Shown here in pieces: positions 1-9,371 of a DNA stretch of 64,000 nucleotides. The DNA lies in NCBI GenBank assembly GCA_029562975.1, contig JAKQTR010000040.1:64683-128682 (forward strand). The letters run 5' to 3'. Position numbers and translations under genes: made by a program. Numbering within the stretch: the first letter of the stretch is position 1; each line of letters opens with the position of its first letter. Below the pieces are notes generated by a model, which did no database searches, had not been told where the DNA came from, and saw nothing but the letters and a program-made list of their open reading frames with translations. The stretch comes from Acidobacteriota bacterium (GTDB taxonomy: Bacteria > Acidobacteriota > Vicinamibacteria > Vicinamibacterales > JAKQTR01).

Positions 1-175
1 CCCGCAGCCGGATCCCAGCGCCGGGCCGCGCGGACGCCGCGGGCGAGGTACGCGGCGATCTCCTTCGAGCCATATCAGCGTGCAGAATCCCTTGACAGCG
101 CGGCAGGACGCGACATGCAGGGTTTCCGGCGCGCCGGGCCAGGCCGGGTGATATAGTCCGCGGCCTGGGCCAGGC

Positions 176-2515
176 ATGCCGACGGCGCTCTCGATGCTCG
201 TCGTGCTCGTTGCCGCGCAGGCACCCGCCGCGCAGACGCCCGCCGCGCCGGCGCCGTCGCCTCGCTTCGTGCCGGCCTGCCACGTCGGCGGCACGGTCGT
301 GGACGAGCGGACCCGCGCGGGCGTGTCGCGGGCGGTCGTCGTGCTGCGGGCCTTCTCGCCGGAGCGCCTCCAGGACGCAGCTTCACCGCCGTCGTGCCGC
401 GGAGGATGCCAGACCGTCGCGGACGGCGACGGCCGGTTCGCCTTCGCGGATCTCCTGCCTGGGGACTACGCCCTGACAGCGTCGATCGAAGGGTTCGCCG
501 AGTCGGCGCCCCTGGAGGTCCGGCTGGACGGCCAGCCCTGCGCCGTCACGGCGGACATCCCGTTCCGTTTCCAGATGCTGGCCGAGGCGCGGGCCGGCCT
601 GCCGCGGGCCCTGGGCGCGACGCCGATCCCCGCCGCCATCGCGCCCGTGCTGACCGGCGCGGCGATTGCGGAGACGCCGGGCGCCCTCGAGGACCTGTCG
701 CGCGCCTTCCAGTCGCTGCCCGGCGTGGCCGGGTCGCAGGACAACCGGAACGATCTGCTCGTGCGCGGCGGAGGCGCGCTCGAGAACCAGATGCGCATCG
801 ACGGGTTCGACCTGCCCAACGTGAACCACTTCGGCGCGCAAGGCGGGAGCGGCGGGGCGCTGTCGATTCTGCCGCCCTGGCTCATCGAGCGCGGCTCGCT
901 GGAAGTCGGCGGCTTCTCGGTGGCCTTCGGCGACCGCATGTCGTCGGTGGCCGACGTCAGCATCCGCCCGGGGCGGCGCGACCGCGTGCACGCGGCGGTG
1001 GGCGCGGGGATCGGCGGGCTGACGGCCATCGGGGAGGGCGCCCTCGGCGCGCGCGGCTCCTGGCTGGTGTCCGCCCGCCGGAGCCTCCTCGACGCGGTCT
1101 TCAGCAAGCTGACCGACGAGATCGTCCCGGCCTACGCCGACGTGCTCGTGAAAGCCGAGCATCGGGCGGGCGAGAAACACCGCCTGACCGTGCTCGGCCT
1201 CGGCTCCCGCGACGAGGCCAGCGGGCACGACGAGAAGGCCGGAGACGACGAGCTCTCCGGCAGCGAAACGACGGCTCTTGCGGGCGTCCGTTTCGACTCC
1301 TCGTGGTCGGCGCGGGCCTTCTCGTCCGTGGTCGCCAGTCTGAGCTCCATCGACGTGGACGCCAGGGCCGTCGATGGGGCGGTGGTGGACGCCATCGACG
1401 CGGGCAAGGAGACCGAGGTCCGGATCCGGGCCGACGTGCGCCGCAAGAGGACGTTCGTCGGCGACATTCTGGTGGGCGGGGCCGTCAAGACCTACCGCTA
1501 CGACTACGAGCTGTTCGTCAACGATCTCTGGACGCCATACAACGCGCTGAACCGGGACCTGTCGTCGCGTCAGCGCCGCTCCTTCACCGATCTTGCCGCC
1601 TACGCGGAGGCGGAACGCGCGATCGCGGGGCGCGGGAGGCTGCTCGCGGGCGTCAGGATCGACCGCTGGGGCGCGGCGTCTCTGACCGCAGGCAGCCCGA
1701 GGGTGAAGGCGGAGATCGTGGCCGGGCGGTCCGTGCGCCTCGTCGGCCACTGGGGCATCTACCGGCAGGGCGTGCCGTTCATCTGGATGGCCAGCGCGCC
1801 AGACAACATCGGCCTGGCGCCGATGGCGTCGCGCCAGTTCGGCGGCGGGCTCGACTTCGAGCCGCGCCCCTGGCTGCGCCTGGCCGTCGAAGCCTTCGGC
1901 AAGCGGTACCGGAACTACCCGGTCGATCCCGCCGTGCCGAGCCGCGTGCTCGTCAGTTCGGCGGCGGACTTCGAGCCGCCCTACGTCGGCCCGCTCGTTG
2001 GCGCTGGGCGCGTCCGGGCGTCGGGCATCGACTCGCTGGCCCAGCTCTCGCTGCTGCCGGGACTCGAGGTTGCGACGAACTACTCCTACTGGAAGGTTTC
2101 GCAGTCCGGCCTCGACCGGGCCTGGAGGCCTGCGGAGCACGAGCTGCGGCACCAGGCGCGCCTGGAAGTGCGCTACCGGCCGGACGGCCCGTGGAGCGCC
2201 GGGTTCCGCCTGCGCCACGCGAGCGGCCGCCCGTACACCCCGTTCAGCGTGCCGCTGTCCGTGAAGCGGGGACGGGCCGCCTACGACCTGACGCAGATCA
2301 ACGCGCTGAACTACCCGTACTACCGGCGGCTGGACGTGCGCGTCGATCGCAGCGTCCGCACCAGGTTCGCCTCGGCCGCCGCGTACCTCGAGGTGGACAA
2401 CCTCCTGAACCGGCGCAACGTGCTCACCTACCGCTGGAACCGCGCGCTCAAGGGGCCGAAGCCCGTTCACCAGTGGGGGCGGACGCTGGTCGCAGGCGTG
2501 CGCATCGAGTTCTGA
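176..2515 (+). CDS. TonB-dependent receptor-like outer-membrane protein with N-terminal carboxypeptidase-regulatory-like domain
   Basis: 779-aa ORF with ATG at 176. Signal-like N-terminus (MPTALSMLVVLVAAQAPAAQ). 'GGTVVDERTRAGV..AVVVL' beta-sandwich-like start, plug-like 'DNRNDLLVRGG', and a long beta-rich C-terminus ending in an aromatic residue (..VAGVRIEF). Confidence 0.75.
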   Translation: MPTALSMLVVLVAAQAPAAQTPAAPAPSPRFVPACHVGGTVVDERTRAGVSRAVVVLRAFSPERLQDAASPPSCRGGCQTVADGDGRFAFADLLPGDYALTASIEGFAESAPLEVRLDGQPCAVTADIPFRFQMLAEARAGLPRALGATPIPAAIAPVLTGAAIAETPGALEDLSRAFQSLPGVAGSQDNRNDLLVRGGGALENQMRIDGFDLPNVNHFGAQGGSGGALSILPPWLIERGSLEVGGFSVAFGDRMSSVADVSIRPGRRDRVHAAVGAGIGGLTAIGEGALGARGSWLVSARRSLLDAVFSKLTDEIVPAYADVLVKAEHRAGEKHRLTVLGLGSRDEASGHDEKAGDDELSGSETTALAGVRFDSSWSARAFSSVVASLSSIDVDARAVDGAVVDAIDAGKETEVRIRADVRRKRTFVGDILVGGAVKTYRYDYELFVNDLWTPYNALNRDLSSRQRRSFTDLAAYAEAERAIAGRGRLLAGVRIDRWGAASLTAGSPRVKAEIVAGRSVRLVGHWGIYRQGVPFIWMASAPDNIGLAPMASRQFGGGLDFEPRPWLRLAVEAFGKRYRNYPVDPAVPSRVLVSSAADFEPPYVGPLVGAGRVRASGIDSLAQLSLLPGLEVATNYSYWKVSQSGLDRAWRPAEHELRHQARLEVRYRPDGPWSAGFRLRHASGRPYTPFSVPLSVKRGRAAYDLTQINALNYPYYRRLDVRVDRSVRTRFASAAAYLEVDNLLNRRNVLTYRWNRALKGPKPVHQWGRTLVAGVRIEF

Positions 2516-5081
2516 AGAATCCAGGATTCCGACTTCTGGCTCCTTCTGGCTCCTGCCGTCCGTGCGCTGACAGGTACTCCTCCGCCCACTTCCTCATCGC
2601 GCCCGAGATGACGCCCACCGAGTCGGCTTCCGCGACGGCGCGGCTCCTCGGCCAGCCGTCCACCATCACGCGCCGCACGGCCCAGATCGCAGCGGCCCGG
2701 TTCCCCCCGCCGCAATGGAAGAACAGCGGCTGGTTCGAGCTGTCCTTCGTGGCCGCCAGGAACGCGTCAACGGCCGCGTCGGCGGCCGGGTCGGTGCGCA
2801 CGAAGGGGATGTGGATGTACTTCATCCCCGCCGCCTCGACGGCGGCCTTCGCCGCCTCGACGTCGGCGCCGGGCTCGCTGGCGGCGCGCAGGTTGAGCAC
2901 CGCCTTGAATCCCTGGCGCTTCAGCTCGGCGGCCGCCTCGCGCTTCATCGCCCCGCCCGTGGCGAAGCGGTCGTCGATCCGCGCGAAGTTGAGGACGCCG
3001 AGGAACGGCTCGACGCGGGCGGCCTGCCGGGCTTGGGCGGGCGGCGCCTCGCCGAAGATGTAGCGCCCAAACCACTCGAGGTTGTGCTCCATCGCCGCGC
3101 GGTGCGCCTTCGGCTTCGTCAGCCCGTGACCGAAGCCCTTGTAGACGATGAGCTTCGCCGGCACGCCGTGATCGAGCAGGCCACGCAGGAGCTCGTAGGC
3201 GTTCGGGATGGGCACGCGCCGATCGAGTTCGCCGTGCTGGATGAGCGTCGGCGCCGACGCCCGCTTGATGTAGGTGATGGGCGACGTGTCCGCGTAGATC
3301 TTCGGGTCGTCCCAGGGCGTCGCCTTCAGGTACTGGCGCGTGAACGGGTAGATGTCCGTGTTGACGTAGTACGTCATCCAGTCCGAGATGCCCGCCCCGA
3401 CCGACACCGCCTTGAACCGCGCGCTGTCGTGCGTCGCCAGGAACGCCGAGATGTAGCCCCCCTGGCTCCAGCCCATCACGCCGACGCGGTCGGTGTCGGC
3501 CAGGCCCTGCGCCACGAGGTGGTCGATGCCCGAGAGGACGTCCCAGGCGTCGCCGATCCCGAGGTTGCGGACGTTGAGCGATCGGAACGCCTCGCCGTAG
3601 CCGGCGCTGCCGCGGTAGTTGGGCTCGAGGACGATCGCGCCCCTGCTGAGCCAGATGTCGATGGGATAGGCGGACGTCGAGCCGTACGGAACCGGCCGCG
3701 AGACGCCCGTCGGCCCGCCGTGGATGACGACGAGCAGGGGGTGGCGCGTGCCGGCCTTGAAGTCCGCGGGCTTGTGGAGCACGCCTTCGATGAGCGTGCC
3801 GTCCAGGCTCTTCCAGGCGATGACCTCCTGCGACGGCTGAGGCCACGACGCCGCTTGAGCGCCCAGGCTGGTGAGCTTCTTCAGGCTGCTGTCGGATCCC
3901 GACAGCGTGAGGACGCACACCTCCGGGAACTCTCCGGGTCCGGAACGGATGAAGGCCATCGCCGAGCCGTCGCGGGTGGCACTGAAGCCGGAATAGGCCT
4001 GCTGCGCGCCTGCCGTGACCTGCCGCAGTTCGCCCGACGACGGATGCAGGAGGAAGACGTGCGCGCCCGTGCGCTGGGCGGCGCTGAAGAGGAGGAAGCC
4101 TTTCGCCGCCCACATGAGCGGGCTCGCGTTCTCGTCGAAGCCTGCCGTGGCATTCGTGATGGCGCCGCCCGCCGCCGGGATCACGGCGATCCGGCTGTTC
4201 GTGTAGTAGTAGAAGGGCCGCGCCATCGCCGACGCGAACGCGACGTGCGACCCGTCGGGCGACCAGAGCGGCCGCGTGTCGGGGCCCTCCTGCCTCACGA
4301 GCGGCGTGATCGCGCCGCCGGCGACGTCGACGATCGAGATGTCGGACGTGCCGCTGCTGGCCGGATCCGCGTTGACCGTGTGATCGAACGCGATCCGCGT
4401 GCCGTCCGGGGACCAGTCGAAGCTGCCGACGGTGAAGTCGCCCTTGGTGAGCCGCCTGGTCTTCTTCGACTCGACGTCGATGACCCACAGGTGCGACATC
4501 CGGTGATCGGCGCCCACGATTTCGAACTCCCCGTACTTCTTGTCGCGCTCCCGCCAGGCCTCGCTCTTCGGATCCAGCTGCGTGAACGCGATCTGCCGTC
4601 CGTCGGGCGACCACGCGAAGCGTTCCACGCCCTCGCGCTCGTGCGTGAGCTGCTCCGCCTCGCCGAACGACGGGCGGATGAGCCATATCTGCCGCTTGTC
4701 GGAGCGGGTCGACGCGAACGCCAGGCGCGAGCCGTCGGGCGCCCACGCCGGCGCGTCGCTGGACTTCCTGCCGTTGGTCAACTGGCGCACCGCGCCGGAC
4801 GCGACGTCGGCGATCCAGATCTCGGTCTCGTACGCGTCCTCCTCCCAGTTGGCTTCGCGGACCGTGTACGCGACCATAGTGCCGTCGGGCGAGATCGCCG
4901 GGGAGCCGGCGCGCTTCAGGGAGACGAGCTGATCGACGGTCGGCGCAACGGGCGCGGGCGTCAGCGCCGCGGCGGGCGCAGACGCCTGGGCGGCCGCCTG
5001 CGGCGCGGCCAGGCCCGCTGCAGGCAGCGGGGCGCCGACAGTCAGCATGGCGACGATGGCAACGGAAGCAGCAGGTTTCAT
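2448..5081 (-). CDS. S9 family serine peptidase (prolyl oligopeptidase/acylaminoacyl-peptidase type) fused to a C-terminal DUF442/PTP-like domain
   Basis: In-frame ATG at 5081 (MKPAASVAIVAMLTVGAPL.. signal peptide) inside ORF 2448..6644. Repeated SPDG/APDG/WSPDG propeller motifs. Catalytic GWSQGG (Ser), GELDRRVP (Asp) and GFGHGL (His). After ..LEWFGRYIFGE the frame continues without a stop into ~140 aa containing 'FHCGGGNRA'. Confidence 0.85.
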   Translation of the reverse strand: MKPAASVAIVAMLTVGAPLPAAGLAAPQAAAQASAPAAALTPAPVAPTVDQLVSLKRAGSPAISPDGTMVAYTVREANWEEDAYETEIWIADVASGAVRQLTNGRKSSDAPAWAPDGSRLAFASTRSDKRQIWLIRPSFGEAEQLTHEREGVERFAWSPDGRQIAFTQLDPKSEAWRERDKKYGEFEIVGADHRMSHLWVIDVESKKTRRLTKGDFTVGSFDWSPDGTRIAFDHTVNADPASSGTSDISIVDVAGGAITPLVRQEGPDTRPLWSPDGSHVAFASAMARPFYYYTNSRIAVIPAAGGAITNATAGFDENASPLMWAAKGFLLFSAAQRTGAHVFLLHPSSGELRQVTAGAQQAYSGFSATRDGSAMAFIRSGPGEFPEVCVLTLSGSDSSLKKLTSLGAQAASWPQPSQEVIAWKSLDGTLIEGVLHKPADFKAGTRHPLLVVIHGGPTGVSRPVPYGSTSAYPIDIWLSRGAIVLEPNYRGSAGYGEAFRSLNVRNLGIGDAWDVLSGIDHLVAQGLADTDRVGVMGWSQGGYISAFLATHDSARFKAVSVGAGISDWMTYYVNTDIYPFTRQYLKATPWDDPKIYADTSPITYIKRASAPTLIQHGELDRRVPIPNAYELLRGLLDHGVPAKLIVYKGFGHGLTKPKAHRAAMEHNLEWFGRYIFGEAPPAQARQAARVEPFLGVLNFARIDDRFATGGAMKREAAAELKRQGFKAVLNLRAASEPGADVEAAKAAVEAAGMKYIHIPFVRTDPAADAAVDAFLAATKDSSNQPLFFHCGGGNRAAAIWAVRRVMVDGWPRSRAVAEADSVGVISGAMRKWAEEYLSAHGRQEPEGARSRNPGFFRTRCARLRPASAPTGERASAP

Positions 5082-5114
5082 CGGTTCCCTCGTGTGGCCC
5101 GGAAGCAGAGACGC

Positions 5115-6815
5115 ATGATGATAGACCCGCGCGAACCGGCAGGCGCGCCCGCCTGCACGAATTGTCTCGATGGCCCCCTCCAGGGCGGCCCGGGTCCCGC
5201 GCGAGGCCCGGCGGCCGTGCGGGCCGTTGCTGCGGCCCTCATGATGATCGCGATCGCCGCCGTCGGGGCCACGGCGCAGGACGGGCCGGGGCTGCCCGAG
5301 CTGCGCGCGGTGTGGGTGGACGCCTTCCACCACGGCATCCGCTCGCCGGCGGAAGCCGCGCAACTCGTCGCCGACGCGCAGCGGACGCACGTCAACACGC
5401 TCTTCGTCCAGGTGCGCCGGCGGGCCGACGCCTTGTACACAGGCGGTCTCGAGCCGCCGCTCGACGATCCGTCCTACGACCCTTCGTTCGACGCTCTCGC
5501 CCACATCGTTTCGGCCGCCCACGCCGCCGGCCTGCAGGTGCACGCCTGGGTCAACGCGATGCCCGTCTGGCGCGACGAGGCGCCGCCGAAAGACGCACGC
5601 CATCTCTTCAACCAGCACGGGCCCGCGGCCGCGGGAGAGCGCTGCTGGCTGACGCGCATGCGCGATGGCACGAGGCGGTTTCCAGTCGGGTACTTCCTCG
5701 ATCCCGGCCATCCCGCCGCTTGCGACCACCTCGTCGCGGTCTGCCTGGACATCGTCAGGCGCTACGACGTGGACGGCCTCCACTTCGACTACATCCGCTA
5801 CCCCGAAACCGAAGGAGCGCCGCTGCCGCGCGGAGCGGACGTCGGATACAACCAGGTGAGCGTCGCGAGGTTCCAGCGGGCGTACAAGCGCGCGAGGGCG
5901 CCCCTGCCGGATGACGAGGCGTGGACCCGGTGGAGGCGCGAACAGATCACCAGCCTCGTCCGGCGCATCTCGATCGAGGCGCGCGCCATCAAGCCGCGGC
6001 TCAAGGTGAGCGCGGCGGTCGTCGCCTGGGGGCCGCCGCCGGCGTCGGCGCGCGACTTCGAGAACGCGTCGCCCATGCAGCGGGTCTTTCAGGACTGGCG
6101 GGGCTGGCTGGAGGAGGGGCTCATCGACCTGGCCGTGCCGATGAACTACGCGCGCGAGCACGACGAACGCGGGCGCGAATGGTTCGACGGCTGGATCGCA
6201 TGGGAGGCGAAGCACAAAGGCGATCGCCAGCTGGCCGTCGGCGTCGGCGGCTACCTGAGCGCGCCCGAAGGCGTGCTGGCGCAGATCTCGCGCGTACGGA
6301 GCGCCGCGCGCGAGGCGCGGGCGGACGGCGTCTCGCTGTTCTCGTACTATCAGCCGTCCATGGAGCCCGTCATGCCGGAGCAGCCCGCGGCGGCGCAGGG
6401 CGCCGCGTCCGCCTCCCAGGCTCAGCCCGCCGGCGCGCCGCCGCCGCCCGCTCCCGACAGGCTCGACTACCTCGTGCGGGGCGCCGCTGGCGCGCCCGCG
6501 GCCTTCACAGGGCCGGCGCCGGTTCCCGCCATGGCGTGGATCGACGCGCCGGCGCACGGCGCGCTCGCAGGCTCGATCGCGGGCGGCGCCGGCGCGCTCG
6601 CGGACCGCCGGACCGTCCGCATCCGCCAGGCCGGGCCGCCCCACGAGACGCGCACGATCACCAGCGACGCCTCTGGCTGGTTCGGCGCGGCGCGCCTGCC
6701 GCCGGGCACGTATCAGGTGCAGCTGGAAGATGCCCGGGGAAAGCCGATCGGGCCTCGAAAGCTCGTCAGGGTGGCGGCTGGCGCCGTCGCCCGCGTCACG
6801 CTGGCGGCCAGGTAG
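5115..6815 (+). CDS. GHL10 (DUF187) family glycoside-hydrolase-like protein with C-terminal carboxypeptidase-regulatory-like domain
   Basis: In-frame ATG at 5115 (alternative ATG at 5241) within ORF 2715..6815. 'LRAVWVDAF..VNTLFVQVRRRADALY..AAGLQVHAWVN..DGLHFDYIRYP' matches the family-10-like glycosylhydrolase pattern. The tail '..SDASGWFGAARLPPGTYQVQL' looks like CarboxypepD_reg. Confidence 0.7.
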   Translation: MMIDPREPAGAPACTNCLDGPLQGGPGPARGPAAVRAVAAALMMIAIAAVGATAQDGPGLPELRAVWVDAFHHGIRSPAEAAQLVADAQRTHVNTLFVQVRRRADALYTGGLEPPLDDPSYDPSFDALAHIVSAAHAAGLQVHAWVNAMPVWRDEAPPKDARHLFNQHGPAAAGERCWLTRMRDGTRRFPVGYFLDPGHPAACDHLVAVCLDIVRRYDVDGLHFDYIRYPETEGAPLPRGADVGYNQVSVARFQRAYKRARAPLPDDEAWTRWRREQITSLVRRISIEARAIKPRLKVSAAVVAWGPPPASARDFENASPMQRVFQDWRGWLEEGLIDLAVPMNYAREHDERGREWFDGWIAWEAKHKGDRQLAVGVGGYLSAPEGVLAQISRVRSAAREARADGVSLFSYYQPSMEPVMPEQPAAAQGAASASQAQPAGAPPPPAPDRLDYLVRGAAGAPAAFTGPAPVPAMAWIDAPAHGALAGSIAGGAGALADRRTVRIRQAGPPHETRTITSDASGWFGAARLPPGTYQVQLEDARGKPIGPRKLVRVAAGAVARVTLAAR

Positions 6816-6849
6816 GCGCCGGCCTGCCCGTCCCCCAGCCTGCCAGCCC

Positions 6850-7866
6850 CTAGATCGTCAGCACCACCTTTCCCACGTTCGCACGGTCCTGCAGGCAGGC
6901 GTGGGCGCTGACCGCCGCCGCCAGGGGAAACGTCTTCGACACGACGGCCCGCAGGCGCTTGCCCGCGAAATCGGTGAGCAGCGCCTCCATCGCCCAGGCC
7001 GCGTAGCGGCGCTCCTTCCACAGATGCCCGAGGTTGAGGCCGAACACGCCCTTGTTGGCGCGCATCAGATCGAGCGGATCGAAGCGCGGGCGGCTGTCGA
7101 GGACGCGCTGCACGCGCGCGTCGTCGCGCTCGAAGCCGTCCACGCAGCTCTGCGTGCCATAGCTGATCAGCCGGCCGAGAGGGGCGAGCAGGCGGTAACT
7201 CTGCTCCAGGGACGCGCCGCCCAGCGGGTCCAGGACCACGTCCACGCCGCGCCCGTTCGTGATGCGGGCGATCTCCGCCTCCAGGTCCGCGCGCCGATCG
7301 TCGATCACGTGGTCGATGCCCAGGCTGCGCAGGGCGCTGTGCTTGGCCGAAGAGGCCGTGCCGATGACCGTCGCCCTCCGCAGCCGCGCCAGCTGCACGG
7401 CGGCCACGCCAACGCCCCCGCCGGCGCTTCGAACGAGCACGCTCTCGCCCGACCGCAAGTTGGCCATCCGGTAGAGCGCGACCGAGCCGGTCAGGAACGT
7501 GACGGGCATGGCGGCCGCCTCGTTGTGGCTGAGCGGCGGAGGCACGTTCCACACGAAGTCCGACGCGGCGACGGCGTACTCGGCGTACCCGCCGAAGGGG
7601 GTGAGCGCCACGACGTGGCGGCCCCGCTCGTGGCGCGACGGCCCGGGGCCCAGCGCGTCGATGTAGCCGGATACCTCGTAGCCCGGGACGAAAGGAAGCG
7701 GCGGGGCGTCTCCATACAAGCCCATCCGCGCCAGCACGTCGGCGAAGTTCACGCCCGCGGCCTTCACTCGAATGCGGACGTCGCCAGGCCCGGGTTCGGG
7801 GATCGGGCGTTCCCGAATCTCCATCACCTCGGGGGCGCCGTGGCGGGTGACGACAATTTCTCGCAT
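6850..7866 (-). CDS. zinc-type alcohol dehydrogenase / NADPH:quinone oxidoreductase (MDR superfamily)
   Basis: ATG at 7866 (MREIVVTRHGAPEVMEI..). 'VRIRVKAAGVNFADVLARMGLY', the nucleotide-binding motif 'VLVRSAGGGVGVAAVQLA', and 'GKVVLTI' at the C-terminus. Confidence 0.85.
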   Translation of the reverse strand: MREIVVTRHGAPEVMEIRERPIPEPGPGDVRIRVKAAGVNFADVLARMGLYGDAPPLPFVPGYEVSGYIDALGPGPSRHERGRHVVALTPFGGYAEYAVAASDFVWNVPPPLSHNEAAAMPVTFLTGSVALYRMANLRSGESVLVRSAGGGVGVAAVQLARLRRATVIGTASSAKHSALRSLGIDHVIDDRRADLEAEIARITNGRGVDVVLDPLGGASLEQSYRLLAPLGRLISYGTQSCVDGFERDDARVQRVLDSRPRFDPLDLMRANKGVFGLNLGHLWKERRYAAWAMEALLTDFAGKRLRAVVSKTFPLAAAVSAHACLQDRANVGKVVLTI

Positions 7867-8021
7867 GATGGCAGCCTTGCGCGAACGCTGCATCATAGAA
7901 GGGGCAAGGGGCAGGCGACAAGTGGCAACGCTCGCCCGCCGAAGCTGGCTGGCCGGCTTGCCGGCAGGCCCTCTTGATTCGGGCTCCGCGGCCCGGGGTT
8001 CAGGGCTAGACTGTCGGCAGC

Positions 8022-9371
8022 ATGAACTGTCGCACGGCCGTCCGGACGGCCGCTTCGGCCGCACTCGCGATGGGCGCGATTCTGGCGGGTCAGCAGCCGC
8101 CGCCGGCGCCCGTCGTGCTGGTGACAGGCGCGCGGATCCTGGACGCGGCGCGCGGCCGCTACCTGGCTCCCGCCGCCATCCTCGTTGAGGGCGACCGCAT
8201 CGCGGCCGTGACGCCGGGCCCGCCGTCGCCGATGCCCGCCGTCACGGCGCACGTCAAGGCGGACGGGGCCGTGGTCGTGCCCGGGCTGCTGGACGCGCAC
8301 GCATGGGGCGCGCCGGCGCCCGATCTCGACGCGGACTACTTCTACCTGATGGGCCTCGCCCACGGCGTGACCGGGTATCGCGTCCTGAACGCGCGCACGA
8401 GCTGGGCCGTGGCGCAGCGGGCGAGGGCCGCCGCGGGCGATGTGCTGGCGCCGCGGCTTTGGACGAGCGGGCGGGGCATCAACCAGGGCGCAAGCCCCGA
8501 CCGCTGGCTGTTCGACGCGCCGGACGCCCGGGCCGCCGCCGCCGAGGCCGCGCGGCAGGTCGCCGCGAAGGTCGACTGGATCGCGGGCTACGAGGCGCTG
8601 GGGCCAGAGTCGTACCAGGCCCTGGCAGCAGCCGCCCGGCAGGCCGGCGTGCGAGTCAGCGGGCGCCCGGGAGCCGCGTCGATGGCGGACCTGGCTGCGG
8701 CGGGCGTCGCGTCGATCGAGACGCTCGCGTTCCCGCTGAAGGCTTCCGCGGGTCCGACAGACGATTCGTGGCCGGAGGTCGGCGCCAGGGATCTCGCGGC
8801 GCTGCAGGCGGGCCTGCTGCGGCGACGGGTCACGCTCGTGCCCCTGATGGCGGCCGCTGCCGCCAGAGCGTTCCCGGAAGAGGCGCTGAAGGACCCGTCG
8901 ATGGCGCTCCTTCCGGCTGCGCGCCGCGCCGCCCTGGAGGCGCGCCTGAGCCGGACGGCGGCCGACGCCCCGAAGAGGCGGCGAGCGTGGGCGAGCCAGG
9001 CGGCGTTCCTCGTGCGCTTCGTCAGGGCCGGAGGCCGCGTAGCCGCCGGCACCGGTTTCGAATTCGACGGCTATCCCGTTCCCGGCGGCGGCGTGCACCG
9101 CGAACTTGCCGCCTTCGTGCGCGCCGGGCTGACGCCGGCCGAGGCAATTCGCGCGGCGACGGCGGCAGGCTCGGCGCTCGTCGGCGCACAGACGGGAGGC
9201 GCCGGGCTCTCGGCGGGAGCGCCGGCCGACTTCTTCGTCGTGACGGGCGACCCGCTGACGCGCATCGAGGACCTCTCGGCCATCACGCACGTTGTCCGGG
9301 CCGGCGAACTCCTGGATCCGAAGGCCCTGCTCGCGCTGGCCAGGCGCGGCGCCGAGCCGAAGGCGAAGTAG
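8022..9371 (+). CDS. amidohydrolase-family protein (secreted), metal-binding HxH motif degenerate
   Basis: ATG at 8022 with a signal-like N-terminus. 'VVVPGLLDAHAWG' sits where the family has 'DxHxH'. The C-terminal 'ADFFVVTGDPLTRIEDLSAITHVVRAGELL' is typical of the family. Confidence 0.7.
   Translation: MNCRTAVRTAASAALAMGAILAGQQPPPAPVVLVTGARILDAARGRYLAPAAILVEGDRIAAVTPGPPSPMPAVTAHVKADGAVVVPGLLDAHAWGAPAPDLDADYFYLMGLAHGVTGYRVLNARTSWAVAQRARAAAGDVLAPRLWTSGRGINQGASPDRWLFDAPDARAAAAEAARQVAAKVDWIAGYEALGPESYQALAAAARQAGVRVSGRPGAASMADLAAAGVASIETLAFPLKASAGPTDDSWPEVGARDLAALQAGLLRRRVTLVPLMAAAAARAFPEEALKDPSMALLPAARRAALEARLSRTAADAPKRRRAWASQAAFLVRFVRAGGRVAAGTGFEFDGYPVPGGGVHRELAAFVRAGLTPAEAIRAATAAGSALVGAQTGGAGLSAGAPADFFVVTGDPLTRIEDLSAITHVVRAGELLDPKALLALARRGAEPKAK

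Noticed and set aside
383-3063. Long ORFs overlapping the TonB-receptor gene in other frames or on the other strand (383..2470 minus, 394..3063 plus, and others)
   Set aside because: Their translations are Arg/Ala/Gly/Pro-rich low-complexity strings with no recognisable motifs. They lie entirely on top of an ORF with clear family features. This is typical shadow-ORF behaviour in very GC-rich DNA. The same reasoning applies to 10187..12436+, 16065..19820-, 16349..19417+, 19537..21804-, 19731..21764+, 29760..31727-, 31558..34179-, 36887..38728-, 46516..48201-, 50349..53036+, 54599..56710-, 59172..61502+ and 60097..61719-.
5082-6644. N-terminal extension of the S9 peptidase ORF to 1398 aa (2448..6644). 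Similar long extensions occur for ORFs 2715..6815, 8303..10168, 13796..16306, 15978..19436, 35747..38833, 46806..49895 and 61554..62459.
   Set aside because: The extensions are R/G/P/A-rich and overlap well-supported genes on the other strand or in another frame. In each case an internal start gives a proper signal peptide or family N-terminus, often with an SD sequence or a start-stop overlap with the upstream gene.
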